Shown: piece after piece, positions 18,573 to 29,673 of the stretch
How positions within the stretch are numbered: position 1 is the first letter of the stretch
Layout: every line of letters starts with the position of its first letter
Origin: Terriglobales bacterium
GTDB taxonomy: Bacteria; Acidobacteriota; Terriglobia; Terriglobales; Acidobacteriaceae
Reading direction: 5' to 3'
NCBI GenBank assembly: GCA_050746185.1
Contig: JBOGLA010000040.1
Span: 117,075 to 181,074 of the forward strand
Length of the DNA: 64,000 nucleotides
Notes under the pieces: model-generated
Seen by the model: the letters and a program-made list of their open reading frames with translations, nothing else
Database searches by the model: none
Told to the model about the DNA's origin: nothing
Program-made: the position numbers and the translations under genes

Positions 18573-18986
18573 ATGGAACTTCTTCTAAATCTTTGCTGGA
18601 TCATGCTTGCCGTCCCTGCCTATTGGCTATGGAGGCATCAGCCTGAGCGGGCAAGTGGACGGGTTCGCCGCCCGCATTCTTTTATATTGCTCTCGTGCGT
18701 ATTGTTGCTGCTGTTTCCGGTCGTTTCCGCCACCGACGATATGCACGCAATGCGTCCGGAGATGGAAGAGTCAAGTGCCTCAAAATATATCGCAAGGCAC
18801 GCGAATGGCGACAAGTCGGCATCCGTTCGGTTACCGGTTGGAACTAACCCTCAAATCTCTTCTTTTGCGTTTTATCCGAGCCACGAAGTTTGCGGAAACA
18901 CCTCATCGTTAGTCGGTGTGCCCCTTCAGACGGTAAGGCCCGGCACAGAGATTTCGCGTGCCCCCCCTTCTTTGAATTTCTGCTGA
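18573..18986 (+). CDS. hypothetical membrane protein
   Basis: 137-aa ORF with two predicted TM segments at the N-terminus. ORF-level evidence only. Confidence 0.2.
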   Translation: MELLLNLCWIMLAVPAYWLWRHQPERASGRVRRPHSFILLSCVLLLLFPVVSATDDMHAMRPEMEESSASKYIARHANGDKSASVRLPVGTNPQISSFAFYPSHEVCGNTSSLVGVPLQTVRPGTEISRAPPSLNFC

Positions 18987-19104
18987 CGTTTACCCGCGCT
19001 GCGAACTTACCGCGCGCGGTTCCTTCAACGTAATTTGAAGCCAGTCATCGCTCGGCGTTTCGGGAGGCCGGTACTTCCTGCCCGCCGCCGATACGGAGCG
19101 CCAC

Positions 19105-20376
19105 ATGCACAAGACTCTTTGGCGTTTTTCCGCTTGGTTTCTGTTGCTGGGCTTCGGAGCCACAGCAGCGGCCCAGCAGGTGCTGACGTGGGAGCAGGTG
19201 CGGGCGAAGTTCGAGCAAAGCAATCCCACGCTGCTGGCGGACGAGATGAATATCGAAGAATTAAGAGCGCAGGAAATTACCGCGTATCTGCGCCCCAATC
19301 CTGACTTCACTCTGGCAGTAGATGGGACACAAATCGCTCCTCGCAACGGTGTTTGGCGGCCGTTCGCGGGTACTTTTGAGTATCCCGGCATTAGCTACCT
19401 GCACGAACGACAGCACAAGCGGGAGCTGCGACTGGAGAGCGCGAAGAAAGGAACCGTAATCGCAGAGTCCAGCCATGCCGACCTGGACCGAACTTTGTTG
19501 TTTAACCTGCGCAGCGCATTTGTTTCAACGCTGCAAGCCAAGTCGGTGCTGCAATTGGCGAAAGACAACCTCGCCTACTACGACCATGTACTCGACGTCA
19601 GCGGCGAGCGATTCAAAGCTGGCGACATTGCCCAAATTGATCTCGACCGGCTGGAGCTGCAGCGAGTGCAATATGAATCCGATCTGCAAACCGCCGACGT
19701 CAATTTGCGCACGGCGAAAATCCAGCTTCTCACTTTGCTCAACGACCGGACTCCGATTGAACAATTCGACGTGACCGGGAGGTTCGATTTCGCGGATCAG
19801 GTCATGCCGCGCGATGAATTCCGGAAAATTGCCCTGGACACGCGGCCCGACCTGAAATCGGCAGCGGAAGCCGTGGACAAGGCCCAGACGGACCACAAGC
19901 TGGCAGTTGCGAACGGCTCTACGGATCCAACTTTGAGCGCGTGGTATACGCACAACTCGTCCAACAATAACCCGTTTGGCATCAATACGATCGGCGTCAG
20001 TGTAAGCATTCCACTTCGCATCTTCGACCGCAATCAAGGGGAAAAGTTGCGCACGCAACTGGACATCGCTCGCAACGAAAGATTGCGCGACGCGGCCGAA
20101 GCGCTGGTGCTTAGCGATGTGGATTCCGGCTATGCCACGCTCGACAGTACGCTGACGCTGTTGCGTCCGTACAAGGCCCAATACCTGAAGCAGTCAGTGC
20201 GGGTGCGGGACACGGTGTATTTCGCCTACCAGCACGGGGGAGCGTCGCTGCTGGATTTTATGAATGCGGAGGCCGACTACCGCAGCGTGCAACTGAACTA
20301 CGTCAACCTGGTCGGCTCGTATTTGACGGCGGCAGCCCAACTGAATATGGCGGTAGGCCGGGAGGTGATCCCATGA
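19105..20376 (+). CDS. czcC: outer-membrane efflux protein, TolC/CzcC family (RND operon 1)
   Basis: 423-aa ORF with a signal peptide and two OEP repeats. It overlaps the adaptor start by 4 nt. Confidence 0.85.
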   Translation: MHKTLWRFSAWFLLLGFGATAAAQQVLTWEQVRAKFEQSNPTLLADEMNIEELRAQEITAYLRPNPDFTLAVDGTQIAPRNGVWRPFAGTFEYPGISYLHERQHKRELRLESAKKGTVIAESSHADLDRTLLFNLRSAFVSTLQAKSVLQLAKDNLAYYDHVLDVSGERFKAGDIAQIDLDRLELQRVQYESDLQTADVNLRTAKIQLLTLLNDRTPIEQFDVTGRFDFADQVMPRDEFRKIALDTRPDLKSAAEAVDKAQTDHKLAVANGSTDPTLSAWYTHNSSNNNPFGINTIGVSVSIPLRIFDRNQGEKLRTQLDIARNERLRDAAEALVLSDVDSGYATLDSTLTLLRPYKAQYLKQSVRVRDTVYFAYQHGGASLLDFMNAEADYRSVQLNYVNLVGSYLTAAAQLNMAVGREVIP

Positions 20377-21515
20377 AGATGAAATCTATTGGTCCCAGGT
20401 TTGCAACGGCTCTTTGTTTGTCTGCATGCTTTCTCTGGCTGAGCTGCAACCAAGGCAAACCCGATCCCAAGGCAGAAGCTCCACCTCCGGCAACGGTAGA
20501 GTCGGACCTGGACGCCAACAATTTCAAGGTGGACAACCCGGAACAGTTCCCCCTGGTCACCGCAGTTGAACACAAAGCCGTGTCTGCGTTGGACGTGACC
20601 GGCGTGGTGCAGCCTGATATAGCTCGCGCAGTTCCGGTGATCTCGTTGGCTGCGGGACGTGTGGTGGAGGTCAAGGCTCGCCTCGGCGATACGGTCAAGA
20701 AAGGACAGTTGCTGTTGAAGGTGCAGAGCAATGATGTGTCCGGTGCTTACCAGATTTATCTGAAGGCCGTGAATGATGAACGGCTTGCCCGTTTACAGTT
20801 TCAACGGCAGCAGCTGCTTTATAACAAGGGCGCAGTCGCAAAAAGCGTTCTCGAAGCCGCCGAAGATGGCGAACAGGATGCCAAAGTGGATCTCAATCAT
20901 GCCACCGAGCAATTGCGAATTCTGGGCGTAGACAAAGAGCACCCCTCTGAGATCGTAGACATCGTCGCGCCTATCTCCGGTGTGATCACCGATCAGCAGG
21001 TGACAAATGCCGGCGGTATTCAGGGATTAGGTTCGCCCAACCCCTTTACCATCTCTGATCTTTCTTACGTATGGATTATCTGTGATGTTTACGAAAATGA
21101 CCTTGATGCCGTGCGTGTCGGCGAGTATGCAGACATTCGTCTGAATGCCTATCCGAATAGAACTTTTAAGGGCCGCATTGATAATATCCTGCCGGTTCTT
21201 GACCCTGGCCTGCACACCGCGAAGGTTCGCATCGAAGTCGCCAACCCGGGAATGATGCGCGTCGGAATGTTCGTTACGGCGACTTTTTACGGCAAGCAGC
21301 CCGAAACGCACGCCGCCGTTCCAGCAACTGCCATTCTGCACTTGCATGATCGTCAGTGGGTTTATACGCCGATTAGCGCGGGGCATTTCAAGCGTCTGGA
21401 AGTTGTCACCGGGAATATGTTGCCGGGAAACATGCAGGAAGTTGTTTCCGGGATCAAACCCGGAGATCAAGTGGTATCGAATGCACTTCCGCTGCAAAAC
21501 ACTGTGGAGCAGTAA
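20373..21515 (+). CDS. czcB: RND efflux periplasmic adaptor subunit (CzcB/HlyD family)
   Basis: 380-aa ORF with biotinyl-lipoyl-like and beta-barrel MFP motifs (ISGVITDQQV, KGRIDNILPVLDP). No Met-rich extensions. Confidence 0.85.
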   Translation: MKMKSIGPRFATALCLSACFLWLSCNQGKPDPKAEAPPPATVESDLDANNFKVDNPEQFPLVTAVEHKAVSALDVTGVVQPDIARAVPVISLAAGRVVEVKARLGDTVKKGQLLLKVQSNDVSGAYQIYLKAVNDERLARLQFQRQQLLYNKGAVAKSVLEAAEDGEQDAKVDLNHATEQLRILGVDKEHPSEIVDIVAPISGVITDQQVTNAGGIQGLGSPNPFTISDLSYVWIICDVYENDLDAVRVGEYADIRLNAYPNRTFKGRIDNILPVLDPGLHTAKVRIEVANPGMMRVGMFVTATFYGKQPETHAAVPATAILHLHDRQWVYTPISAGHFKRLEVVTGNMLPGNMQEVVSGIKPGDQVVSNALPLQNTVEQ

Positions 21516-21529
21516 ATGGTGGCCAATAG

Positions 21530-24500
21530 ATGATTCGCCGCGTCGTTGATTTCGCTCTCAATAATCGCCTGCTCGTCCTTGCGCTCGCGCTGATTCTCTT
21601 CGGCGCCGGCGTTGTTTCGTTCGAGCGTCTGCCGATTGAAGCCTATCCCGACGTGGCCGACAATTACGTTGAAATCATCACCCAGTGGCCGGGAATCTCG
21701 GCGGAGCAAATTGAACAGCAGGTCACGATTCCGCTCGAAATCGTCATGAACGGCATTCCGCATGTCGTTCACCTGCGTTCGTTTTCGTTGTTCGGACTCT
21801 CCGACCTGAAGCTGATCTTCGATGACGAAGAGGACAACGCCTGGAATCGCGAGCGCGTTCTGGAGCGGCTCGGCCAGGTCACGCTGCCGCTCGGCGTGGT
21901 CCCGCAAATGGGTACGGACTGGAGCCCAGTCGGTCAGATTTACTTTTTCACGTTGCACAGCACGAATCCGGCGTATGACCCGATGGAGCTGAAGTCCATT
22001 GAGGACTGGGTCATCGAAAAGAATTTCAAAGGCGTGCCGAATGTCGTGGATGTAACCAGCTTCGGCGGACCCACGCGCGAATACCAGGTTCGCGTTGACC
22101 CGAATAAACTTGTTGCCTACGGCTTGAGCCTGGCGCAGGTCGAACAACAGTTGACAAATAATAATGCGAATGCAGGCGGAAGCTTCATACAAGAGGGCCT
22201 GCAACAGGTCAACGTGCGTTCTGTCGGATTGGTCGATCGAAGCCAGGATATTGCGCAAACCGTCATTCTGACGAAGAACGGCACACCGCTTCGAGTAAAG
22301 GACATCGCGGTAGTGTCGCAAGGACCAAAGATTCGGCTAGGTCAGTTCGCCAGAGCGATTCACCGCGAAGATGGAAAGATCGTTGACAACGACGACGTGG
22401 TTTCGGGCATCGTCCTGCTGCGGAAGGGCGCAACGGCTGATCTTGCGCTGCAGGGCATTCACGAAAAAGTTCAGGAACTGAATGATCACATTTTGCCTCC
22501 CGGCGTGAAGATCGTTCCGTTTATTGATCGCAGCGACCTGGTCCATTTCACCAGCCATACCGTGCTTCACAACCTTACGGAAGGGATGATTCTGGTATCG
22601 CTCGTTCTTTTCCTTTTTCTTGGGAACGTCCGAGGCGCGCTGATCGTCGCCGCAACCATTCCGTTCGCGTTACTGTTTGCGGCCATTTGTCTCGATCTGA
22701 GGGGTATCCCCGCCAACCTATTATCGCTTGGAGCATTGGACTTCGGCGTAATCGTAGAAGGCGCAATCGTGTTGATCGAGAATATTGTGCGTCATTTACA
22801 TGCTGGGAATGGCGGTCGCACCCCGGCTGAAAAGATCAGCGATGCCGCGCATGAAGTGCAACGTCCAGTTTTCTACGCCATCGTTATTACGATTACTGCC
22901 TTCCTCCCGATATTTACTTTGCGGCGTGTCGAAGGCAGGCTTTTTCACCCCATGGCTTGGACCGTAGTATTCGCGTTGCTGGGGGCGCTGGTTTTCTCCA
23001 TTGTGGTCGTGCCCGTGCTGGCCAGTTTCGCTTTTGCAAAAGGAGCCCATGAATGGCGTAACCCGGTAATGGAGTTTCTAATTAAGCAGTACCGCGAAGC
23101 CGTGCGATGGGCCGTTCGTCACCGGATTATTACAGTAGGCGCGTGCGGAATCGGGGTTGCGATCGAACTCTTGCTTGCCTTCAGCGGTGTGATCGGTTCC
23201 GAATTTCTACCCCACTTGGATGAAGGTGCTCTGTGGGTTCGCGGGACGCTCGCGGCAAGCACTGGTCCGGACGAGGGCATTCGCGTTGCCAACAAGGCCA
23301 GAATCGCTCTTTGTTCTTTCCCTGAAGTACCGCAGTGTACCAGCCAGGTGGGACGCCCGGATGATGGTACCGATAACACTGGTTTCTTTAACACAGAGTA
23401 TTTTGTTGACCTCAAGCCGAAAGATCAATGGCGCCCGGTTTTCCACGAAAACAAGGACGAGCTCATTGCTGCCATGCAGCGCGAACTCGACAAGATCCCC
23501 GGCGTGATATGGGGATTCTCTCAGCCTATTGAAGACAACATGGAAGAGGCAGTCAGCGGAGTCAAAGGCGCACTGGCTACAAAAATATATGGAGATGACT
23601 TAAGAGTCCTGGAGGCGAAGGCGGACGAAGTCGTCAACATTATGCGTGAGGTCAGAGGAATTGAGGATCTCGGCGTTTTTCGAGTGCTGGGTCAGCCTAA
23701 TCTCAATATTACGGTTGACCGCAATGCTGCCGCTCGTTATCAGATCAGCGTGTCGGACGTACAGGACGCCATTCAAACCGCGGTTGGAGGTACTGCGCTG
23801 ACCCAGGTCCTCAAAGGCGAAGCGCGCTATGACTTGGTTCTGCGCTATCTGCCGCAATATCGGGACACGAAAGATGCAATCGAAAATATTCGCCTGTTGT
23901 CGCCCTCGGGGGAGCGTGTGTCGCTGGCACAACTTTGCAAAATCCAGGAGGTCGATGGCGGCTCGGAAATCTACCGCGAGGGCAATCGCCGGTATATCGC
24001 GATCAAGTACAGTGTTCGCGGTCGCGACCTGGGCAGTACCGTGGAAGAGGCGATTCGCAAAGTCAACGAACGGGTCAAATTGCCCGCCGGCTACACGATT
24101 AATTGGGAGGGGGAATATGCCAGCCAGAAGAGGGCGGACGCCACGCTACTCATCGTGCTTCCCATCACGATATTCATCATCTTCATCATCCTGTACACCA
24201 TGTTCAAATCGTTCAAGTGGGCACTGTTAATCCTCGCAACGATCGCTGTCGCTCCAATCGGCGGGCTGCTCGCACTGTTGATTACCCGAACCAACTTTAG
24301 CGTTTCTTCCGGCGTGGGATTCCTGGCGTTATTCGGCGTCTGCGTGCAAGCCGGAGTCATCATGCTGGAATACATTAACCAGCTTCGGGCCCGCCGATAT
24401 TCCGTTGAAGACGCCGCCGTGGAAGGATCCGTTTTACGGCTGCGTCCCATCATGATGACCATGCTGGTTGCCACTCTTGGATTACTGCCCGCCGCGCTGT

Positions 24501-24679
24501 CGCACGCGATTGGTTCCGATTCCCAGCGTCCGTTCGCAATCGTTATTGTTGGGGGCCTGCTTGCGGCGCTGGTAATGAGCGTCTTTCTGCTGCCGACTCT
24601 ATATGTATGGATCGCCGGAGAACGGGATGCCCTTCCTCAAGTCGAATCGGGATTCACTGGGTTTGAACACGTAGACTAA
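21530..24679 (+). CDS. czcA: heavy-metal efflux RND transporter, CzcA/CusA family
   Basis: 1049-aa ORF with 12-TM AcrB/CzcA architecture. FALNNRLLVLALALILFGAG at the N-terminus is the HME-RND signature start. Confidence 0.95.
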   Translation: MIRRVVDFALNNRLLVLALALILFGAGVVSFERLPIEAYPDVADNYVEIITQWPGISAEQIEQQVTIPLEIVMNGIPHVVHLRSFSLFGLSDLKLIFDDEEDNAWNRERVLERLGQVTLPLGVVPQMGTDWSPVGQIYFFTLHSTNPAYDPMELKSIEDWVIEKNFKGVPNVVDVTSFGGPTREYQVRVDPNKLVAYGLSLAQVEQQLTNNNANAGGSFIQEGLQQVNVRSVGLVDRSQDIAQTVILTKNGTPLRVKDIAVVSQGPKIRLGQFARAIHREDGKIVDNDDVVSGIVLLRKGATADLALQGIHEKVQELNDHILPPGVKIVPFIDRSDLVHFTSHTVLHNLTEGMILVSLVLFLFLGNVRGALIVAATIPFALLFAAICLDLRGIPANLLSLGALDFGVIVEGAIVLIENIVRHLHAGNGGRTPAEKISDAAHEVQRPVFYAIVITITAFLPIFTLRRVEGRLFHPMAWTVVFALLGALVFSIVVVPVLASFAFAKGAHEWRNPVMEFLIKQYREAVRWAVRHRIITVGACGIGVAIELLLAFSGVIGSEFLPHLDEGALWVRGTLAASTGPDEGIRVANKARIALCSFPEVPQCTSQVGRPDDGTDNTGFFNTEYFVDLKPKDQWRPVFHENKDELIAAMQRELDKIPGVIWGFSQPIEDNMEEAVSGVKGALATKIYGDDLRVLEAKADEVVNIMREVRGIEDLGVFRVLGQPNLNITVDRNAAARYQISVSDVQDAIQTAVGGTALTQVLKGEARYDLVLRYLPQYRDTKDAIENIRLLSPSGERVSLAQLCKIQEVDGGSEIYREGNRRYIAIKYSVRGRDLGSTVEEAIRKVNERVKLPAGYTINWEGEYASQKRADATLLIVLPITIFIIFIILYTMFKSFKWALLILATIAVAPIGGLLALLITRTNFSVSSGVGFLALFGVCVQAGVIMLEYINQLRARRYSVEDAAVEGSVLRLRPIMMTMLVATLGLLPAALSHAIGSDSQRPFAIVIVGGLLAALVMSVFLLPTLYVWIAGERDALPQVESGFTGFEHVD

Positions 24680-24697
24680 ATAAATATTTCGCCCGAC

Positions 24698-25418
24698 CTA
24701 GGCAGACATTCTTTCCAGCGCTGGCCGATTTCGTATTACCAGCGTGGAGCCCTCTAATCGGATGAGCTCCTTTTTTTTCAGCTCACTCAACAGCCGGGTA
24801 ACGGTTTCTCTCGAGGCCCCGATCATCTGCGCCATTTCTTCGTGGGTTACTCCATTCCGGATGCGAATTTCGCTGCTCAGCGTGTGCTTCTCCCGCATCG
24901 GAGTCCACGAGAGGATCAATTTTGCCAGCTTCCCCGCCGAAGAACGGGCCAGCACCAGATCGTGAATATCCCGGTACGCGGTTTGGAAGTCAGCGCTCAA
25001 TGCCTGCGCCGAATGAAGTCCCAACTCGCCATGTGATTCCATCAGGCGAAAGAGCGCCTCGCGCTCAATGAAATTCACCTGGCACGGCGCGGAAGTCTCC
25101 GCTGTCACTTCATAGCATGTCCCTGAAATCACCGCGCTCAAGCCCAGCACCTCGCCGGCCTCGGCCATTTTTAATATCAACACTTTTCCATCACGGGAAG
25201 TCGTGGAGAGCTTCACTTTCCCCGCGCAAAGCACAAAGGCGCCCCTCGGCATTTGTCCTTCCACGAACAGCACCGCATTGCCCGGATATGTGCTGATGTG
25301 ACTTGCCGTGCTGAATGACTGGAGAACTTCCGAAGAAAGCGAGCAGAACCAGTGCTTCTTTCGCAACTTGCAGGAAACACAGTTCTCGCTCATGTCCAGT
25401 CCATACGGGGTATTCATT
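24698..25418 (-). CDS. Crp/Fnr-family transcriptional regulator with N-terminal Cys cluster
   Basis: Start set at MNTPYG (ATG 25418-25416), preceded by the AAGGCGGTG RBS. It has a cNMP-binding-like domain plus a C-terminal HTH RETVTRLLSELKKKELI. The N-terminus carries C-X2-C-X8-C. The raw ORF extends 156 aa further upstream without homology. Confidence 0.7.
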
Positions 25419-26091
25419 TTCACCGCCTTCGAAGGATGTTCCTCATGCTTTTCATTCCCATACTCCATCGCGATCCGGTGGAGACCGGTGCGGGTGCGTC
25501 GCAAATCTCGAACCAGCAGCCGTGCGTGCTCGGTTTTCGCCAACAACGCCGCCGCAACCCCTCTGGTTCCCCGGTCCCACGATCTTAGAGCGCTAATCAG
25601 TTCCCATCCCGAGCCACTGTCGCGCTGTCCGTGCCATTCCAGCGCACAATAAAACATGTAAAGGGGGTCCAGATGATTTGGCACAATCCGGGCCGAGTTG
25701 AGTTTTGCCCGTACTGAGCCAACGGGACGTCGCATGAGGCCGCCCGGCGGAGCAACCGGCGGCGATATGCCGAAATTGTTGGCACCATTAACAAAGTGAT
25801 TGCCGACCGACATGGCTTTCCCAACCTTGGTCCAGGTCAATACGCTGGCAATCAAGGTTCCAAACTGGCACAGAAATGAAACCCCCAAGAAAATGAAACT
25901 GATTGCAAGGTTCCCGAAATGGAACCGTGACTTTTCTTAGCTTTTATTGACGTGCGCACGGCAGGGTTGCCGAAAGTTCGTCACGCAAGGGAGATTCACA
26001 CGGCTTAGTCGTATCGGGCGGCGTGTCCTGATTCGTTGACGAAGGAAACAACCTCAAGCAGCAAGCTGGCAGCGCTCGTAGTTTGGAATCC

Positions 26092-28155
26092 TTACTCTAT
26101 GTACTCGTCCCGATGGATGCCCAACTTCTGCATCCTCGATTGCAGAGTTGTCCGCTTCAAGCCCAGGCGCATTGCTGCGCCGTTGCTCCCCGCGATTACG
26201 CCGCCGGTTTCGCGCAGAACCTGCAGAATATGATCCCTTTCCACGCTCTTCAATGTTCCGTTCAGCCTTGACTCCTCGTAATTGGGCGGCCTTAATTCCG
26301 CTAACGGCACATTCAATACCGGGCCATCGGAAAGAATGACCGACCTCTCGATGAAGTTTTCCAACTCTCTCACATTCCCAGGCCACTCCCAGCCCGATAG
26401 CGCATGCATGGTTTCCGTGGGAATAGTCTCGATCTGTTTGTTCATGCGCCGGGCGAACTTTTGCACGAAATAGCGCACCAGCAACGGAATATCCTTTCCC
26501 CGCTCACGAAGCGGGGGCATGATGATCGGAAATACATTGAGCCGGTAGAACAGATCGCTGCGAAACTCGCGCTCCGTAACCGCCTTAGCCAGGTCCCGAT
26601 TGGTTGCCGCAATCAGCCGAATGCTCACGCGGATGGTCCGGGTTCCCCCCAGACGTTCAAATTCCTGGTCTTGGAGTACTCGCAGCAGTTTCGGTTGCAG
26701 CTCAAGGGGAATATCGCCAACTTCATCCAGAAAAAGAGTGCCGTCGTCGGCGAGTTCGAGCCGGCCCACTTTTTGCGTGACCGCGCCCGTAAAAGCTCCC
26801 TTCTCATGGCCAAACAACTCGCTTTCGAGCAGCCCGGTAGGAATCGCGGCGCAATTCAGCTTGATGAAACTTGAGTCCTTGCGCGAACTCATGCGATGAA
26901 TGGCGCGCGCCGCCAATTCTTTTCCCGTTCCAGTGTCTCCCAGAATGAGCACCGTGGCGTCGCTCGGAGCAACGGTTTTCGCCTGCCCCAACACCCGTTT
27001 CAGCGCGGGACTATCCCCAATAATCTCCTCGAAGTTTCGTTCCAGGCGGATTTCGTCCTCAAGGTAAAGCTTTTCTGTCGCCAGTCTCTTGGTCAGTTGC
27101 GCAATCTCTCGATAAGCGCGGGTGTTATCCAGGGCAATCGCCACCTGGGCCGCGACTTGCTTCAAAAAACTAATATCCTCGAGCATGAACGCATTGTCTT
27201 CGCGGCTGGCCAGATTCAACGTGCCCAGGGTTCCATCTCTCGTGACCAGCGGAATGCAGCACAAGGTACGCATACCCTGTTCCAACATCCCGTTGGCAAA
27301 GGTGGAATGCATTCCAAGCAGGTCGCCTTCAGTAAATACCTTGACTTCGTTTCCCTGGAAAACTCTCGCAAATAGAGGGGAATCGCCGATCGAAAGCATG
27401 ATCTCCCCACCGACGAAGCCTCTCGCCAGGGGGAAATCCAAAGCGTGTATTCGCAGGGAATTGGTTGCTTTGTCGAGCAGTGCAATGCTCGCATACTCCT
27501 GCCGTATTACTTTCCGGATGAAGCCGGAAATCGCGGGGAAGAGTTCTTTAAGGTCGAGACTCGTAATTAAGGTCGCATTCACCTCGAGAAGCGTCTGCAG
27601 CCGGTCTTTCTCCAATTGCAGCGCTCCATACATCAGCGCATTTTCAACCGCCAGCGCGACCAGTTCCGCGATACGCCGGAGCAGGCGGAGATTCTTCTCG
27701 CCGTACACATCTTCGTGGGAGCTGCCCAATCCCAAAGCCCCCAGCCGCCTCTGCGCAGTCGTAAGAGGCAGGGTGCAATAAGAACGAATGCCCTTTCCCC
27801 GCAGGTAGGCCACGGATTCGGGGAAGTGTTTGTCCAGCCGCTCCTCCGGCACTACCAGCGGCTGCTGGTTACGCCATACCCATCCGCTGGTAGAATCCTC
27901 GATCGGAACTTCGTCCGGGGTGGTAGTGAGGGTGGACCCCTCCCAGGTGTGGACTCGCATTACATTTTTCAGGGAATCGTGTAAGGAAAAGCTGGCCAGT
28001 TCAAAGTCGGCAAGCTCGCGGAGCCGTAGAGCCAACTCTCGGAAGAGGTCCGGCAGCTCCTGGTGATGGACGACTAAATCGGCGGTCTGAAGCAGCGCTT
28101 CATAGCGGCGCAGTTCGCCGTGATGGTCAAGGTTGCTGCTGGAACCCATTTGCAC
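26092..28155 (-). CDS. sigma-54-dependent transcriptional activator with two N-terminal GAF domains and C-terminal Fis-type HTH
   Basis: 687-aa ORF with an AAA+ sigma-54 interaction domain ([40 protein letters not shown]) and a C-terminal [21 protein letters not shown]. Confidence 0.85.
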   Translation of the reverse strand: MQMGSSSNLDHHGELRRYEALLQTADLVVHHQELPDLFRELALRLRELADFELASFSLHDSLKNVMRVHTWEGSTLTTTPDEVPIEDSTSGWVWRNQQPLVVPEERLDKHFPESVAYLRGKGIRSYCTLPLTTAQRRLGALGLGSSHEDVYGEKNLRLLRRIAELVALAVENALMYGALQLEKDRLQTLLEVNATLITSLDLKELFPAISGFIRKVIRQEYASIALLDKATNSLRIHALDFPLARGFVGGEIMLSIGDSPLFARVFQGNEVKVFTEGDLLGMHSTFANGMLEQGMRTLCCIPLVTRDGTLGTLNLASREDNAFMLEDISFLKQVAAQVAIALDNTRAYREIAQLTKRLATEKLYLEDEIRLERNFEEIIGDSPALKRVLGQAKTVAPSDATVLILGDTGTGKELAARAIHRMSSRKDSSFIKLNCAAIPTGLLESELFGHEKGAFTGAVTQKVGRLELADDGTLFLDEVGDIPLELQPKLLRVLQDQEFERLGGTRTIRVSIRLIAATNRDLAKAVTEREFRSDLFYRLNVFPIIMPPLRERGKDIPLLVRYFVQKFARRMNKQIETIPTETMHALSGWEWPGNVRELENFIERSVILSDGPVLNVPLAELRPPNYEESRLNGTLKSVERDHILQVLRETGGVIAGSNGAAMRLGLKRTTLQSRMQKLGIHRDEYIE

Positions 28156-28328
28156 GAATACACAGCCTACTCCCCCTCACGCAACAACTCTCTCTGAGCG
28201 CGCACAAACAGCAGTTCATCAGGTTATAACAGATTGCCGCCCGCCAAAGGGAAAATTCTGCCCCGAGGGCATGATCAGTGACTAAGTCCACGATTCGTCT
28301 ATGGGGATTGCAAGATTTTCGTGGCGGC

Positions 28329-29081
28329 CTATCTGCGCAGCTTCCATACAATCTGCCGCAAGACTCCCAACCAAGCCACTGCGTCTCCCGCGGGGATCTT
28401 CGCCCGCCGAACCATGCGTCGAATTCGTTCGTCCACGTCCGCGATGGGACGCCGCTTCAAATATTCACTGGCGCGCATCGCTTCCAGAAGCAGTTCCGTA
28501 ATCCGCTCCGAATCGCGGGCATCTGCATCTCTGTTTTTTTCCGCTTTCGAGACTGCCTTCGAATCGCGCACCAACTCGTACAGGCAGATCGCCACCGCTT
28601 GCCCCAGATTCATGGAAAAATTCTGTTCACTCGTCGGAATGCGCATCAGCCAGTGACAGTAGCTGAGATCGTGATTGGACAGTCCCCGCTTTTCCGAGCC
28701 GAAAAGAAGCGCGACCCGTCCGGATGAGAGTTTCTTGCGGATCATGCGAGCCCCATGTTCCAGCCGGCGCAGTGGATGTTTCAGATCCCGTTCGCAAGCC
28801 GCCGTGGTTCCAACCACAAGCGTGCAGTCCGAGACTGCATCGGCAACACTGGAGAATTCTTCCGCCTTCGCTAATACATGGGAAGCGCCGACCGCGGATC
28901 GAGCTTCACGGAACGCCGGATCATAGGGATTTACCACCCGCAAGCGAAGGAATCCGAAATTGCTCATGGCGCGGGCTGCCGCGCCAATGTTGAGCGGATT
29001 TCGCGTGTTCACCAGGACGACGCGAAGGCGTTCGGGTTCAAGCCGAGTAGCCAGGATTTCTATTTTAGAGCAGATGGCCAA
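28329..29081 (-). CDS. trmJ: tRNA (cytidine/uridine-2'-O)-methyltransferase, SpoU class (TrmJ-like)
   Basis: 250-aa ORF with SPOUT motifs (VVLVNTRNPLNIGAAARAMSNFG, ALLFGSEKRGLSN, SMNLGQAVAICLYEL). Confidence 0.7.
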   Translation of the reverse strand: MAICSKIEILATRLEPERLRVVLVNTRNPLNIGAAARAMSNFGFLRLRVVNPYDPAFREARSAVGASHVLAKAEEFSSVADAVSDCTLVVGTTAACERDLKHPLRRLEHGARMIRKKLSSGRVALLFGSEKRGLSNHDLSYCHWLMRIPTSEQNFSMNLGQAVAICLYELVRDSKAVSKAEKNRDADARDSERITELLLEAMRASEYLKRRPIADVDERIRRMVRRAKIPAGDAVAWLGVLRQIVWKLRR

Positions 29082-29126
29082 TCGCCTCTCCCCCGGAAGT
29101 CATTGAAAATTTTGCGCATTCTCCTC

Positions 29127-29156
29127 TTGACATTACATTGCAATATGCAATACTAT
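29127..29156 (+). promoter_or_regulatory. sigma-70-like promoter (TTGACA-N18-TACTAT) with embedded perfect palindrome ATTGCA-ATA-TGCAAT
   Basis: Seen directly in sequence 17-46 nt upstream of the XRE-regulator ATG. The palindrome lies in the spacer, so it is a likely operator. Confidence 0.45.
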
Positions 29157-29172
29157 TATTTCGATAAGTTAT

Positions 29173-29673
29173 ATGACGATGGGACAAAAAATCCGCTACC
29201 TCCGCGAAGTCGAAGGTTCGCTGCGCGGTTTAGGTCGGCCATTGACCCAACTCGAACTGGTTCGCGCCATCCGCAAGGAGAAGGGCAAGACTATCAGCCA
29301 GTCCTATATTTCCCAGATCGAGGGCGGAACCAGGCCACACATGACGCAATCAACTCGTGCGGCCCTGGCAAAGTTCTTCCAGGTCCACCCGGGGTTCCTG
29401 GTGGACGATCCCGAGGGCTATCACACCGAATTGATTTCCGACCTGCGGACCAGCGAAGGCCAGCTCGACGTCTGGTTGCTGCACGGGGCAGAGCGCTTCG
29501 CCAGCGATCCAGAAGTCAGTGAAGTGATGATCAAAGCGGCGCGGGAAAAAGATACGCGGCGATGCTTCATTCTGCTCGGCGCAATTTTAGATACGCCAGG
29601 CCTTGCCGACCGCCTGATCGAAACATTGAAGCCACATCCCAGGAAGACTCCGAGGGAGGCGTGCTCGTTATGA
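29173..29673 (+). CDS. XRE-family helix-turn-helix transcriptional regulator
   Basis: 166-aa ORF. The N-terminal HTH_XRE is LTQLELVRAIRKEKGKTISQSYISQIEGG. The stop overlaps the nfeD start (ATGA). Confidence 0.65.
   Translation: MTMGQKIRYLREVEGSLRGLGRPLTQLELVRAIRKEKGKTISQSYISQIEGGTRPHMTQSTRAALAKFFQVHPGFLVDDPEGYHTELISDLRTSEGQLDVWLLHGAERFASDPEVSEVMIKAAREKDTRRCFILLGAILDTPGLADRLIETLKPHPRKTPREACSL

Noticed and set aside
19525-22321. Minus-strand ORFs of 218 and 284 aa inside czcC/czcB/czcA
   Set aside because: They are antisense shadow ORFs within well-supported RND operon genes, with no motifs.
25419-25888. 156-aa N-terminal extension of the Crp/Fnr ORF
   Set aside because: It has no homology or domain. 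An internal ATG with a good RBS sits right before the cNMP-binding domain, so the extension is read-through of the 5' UTR.
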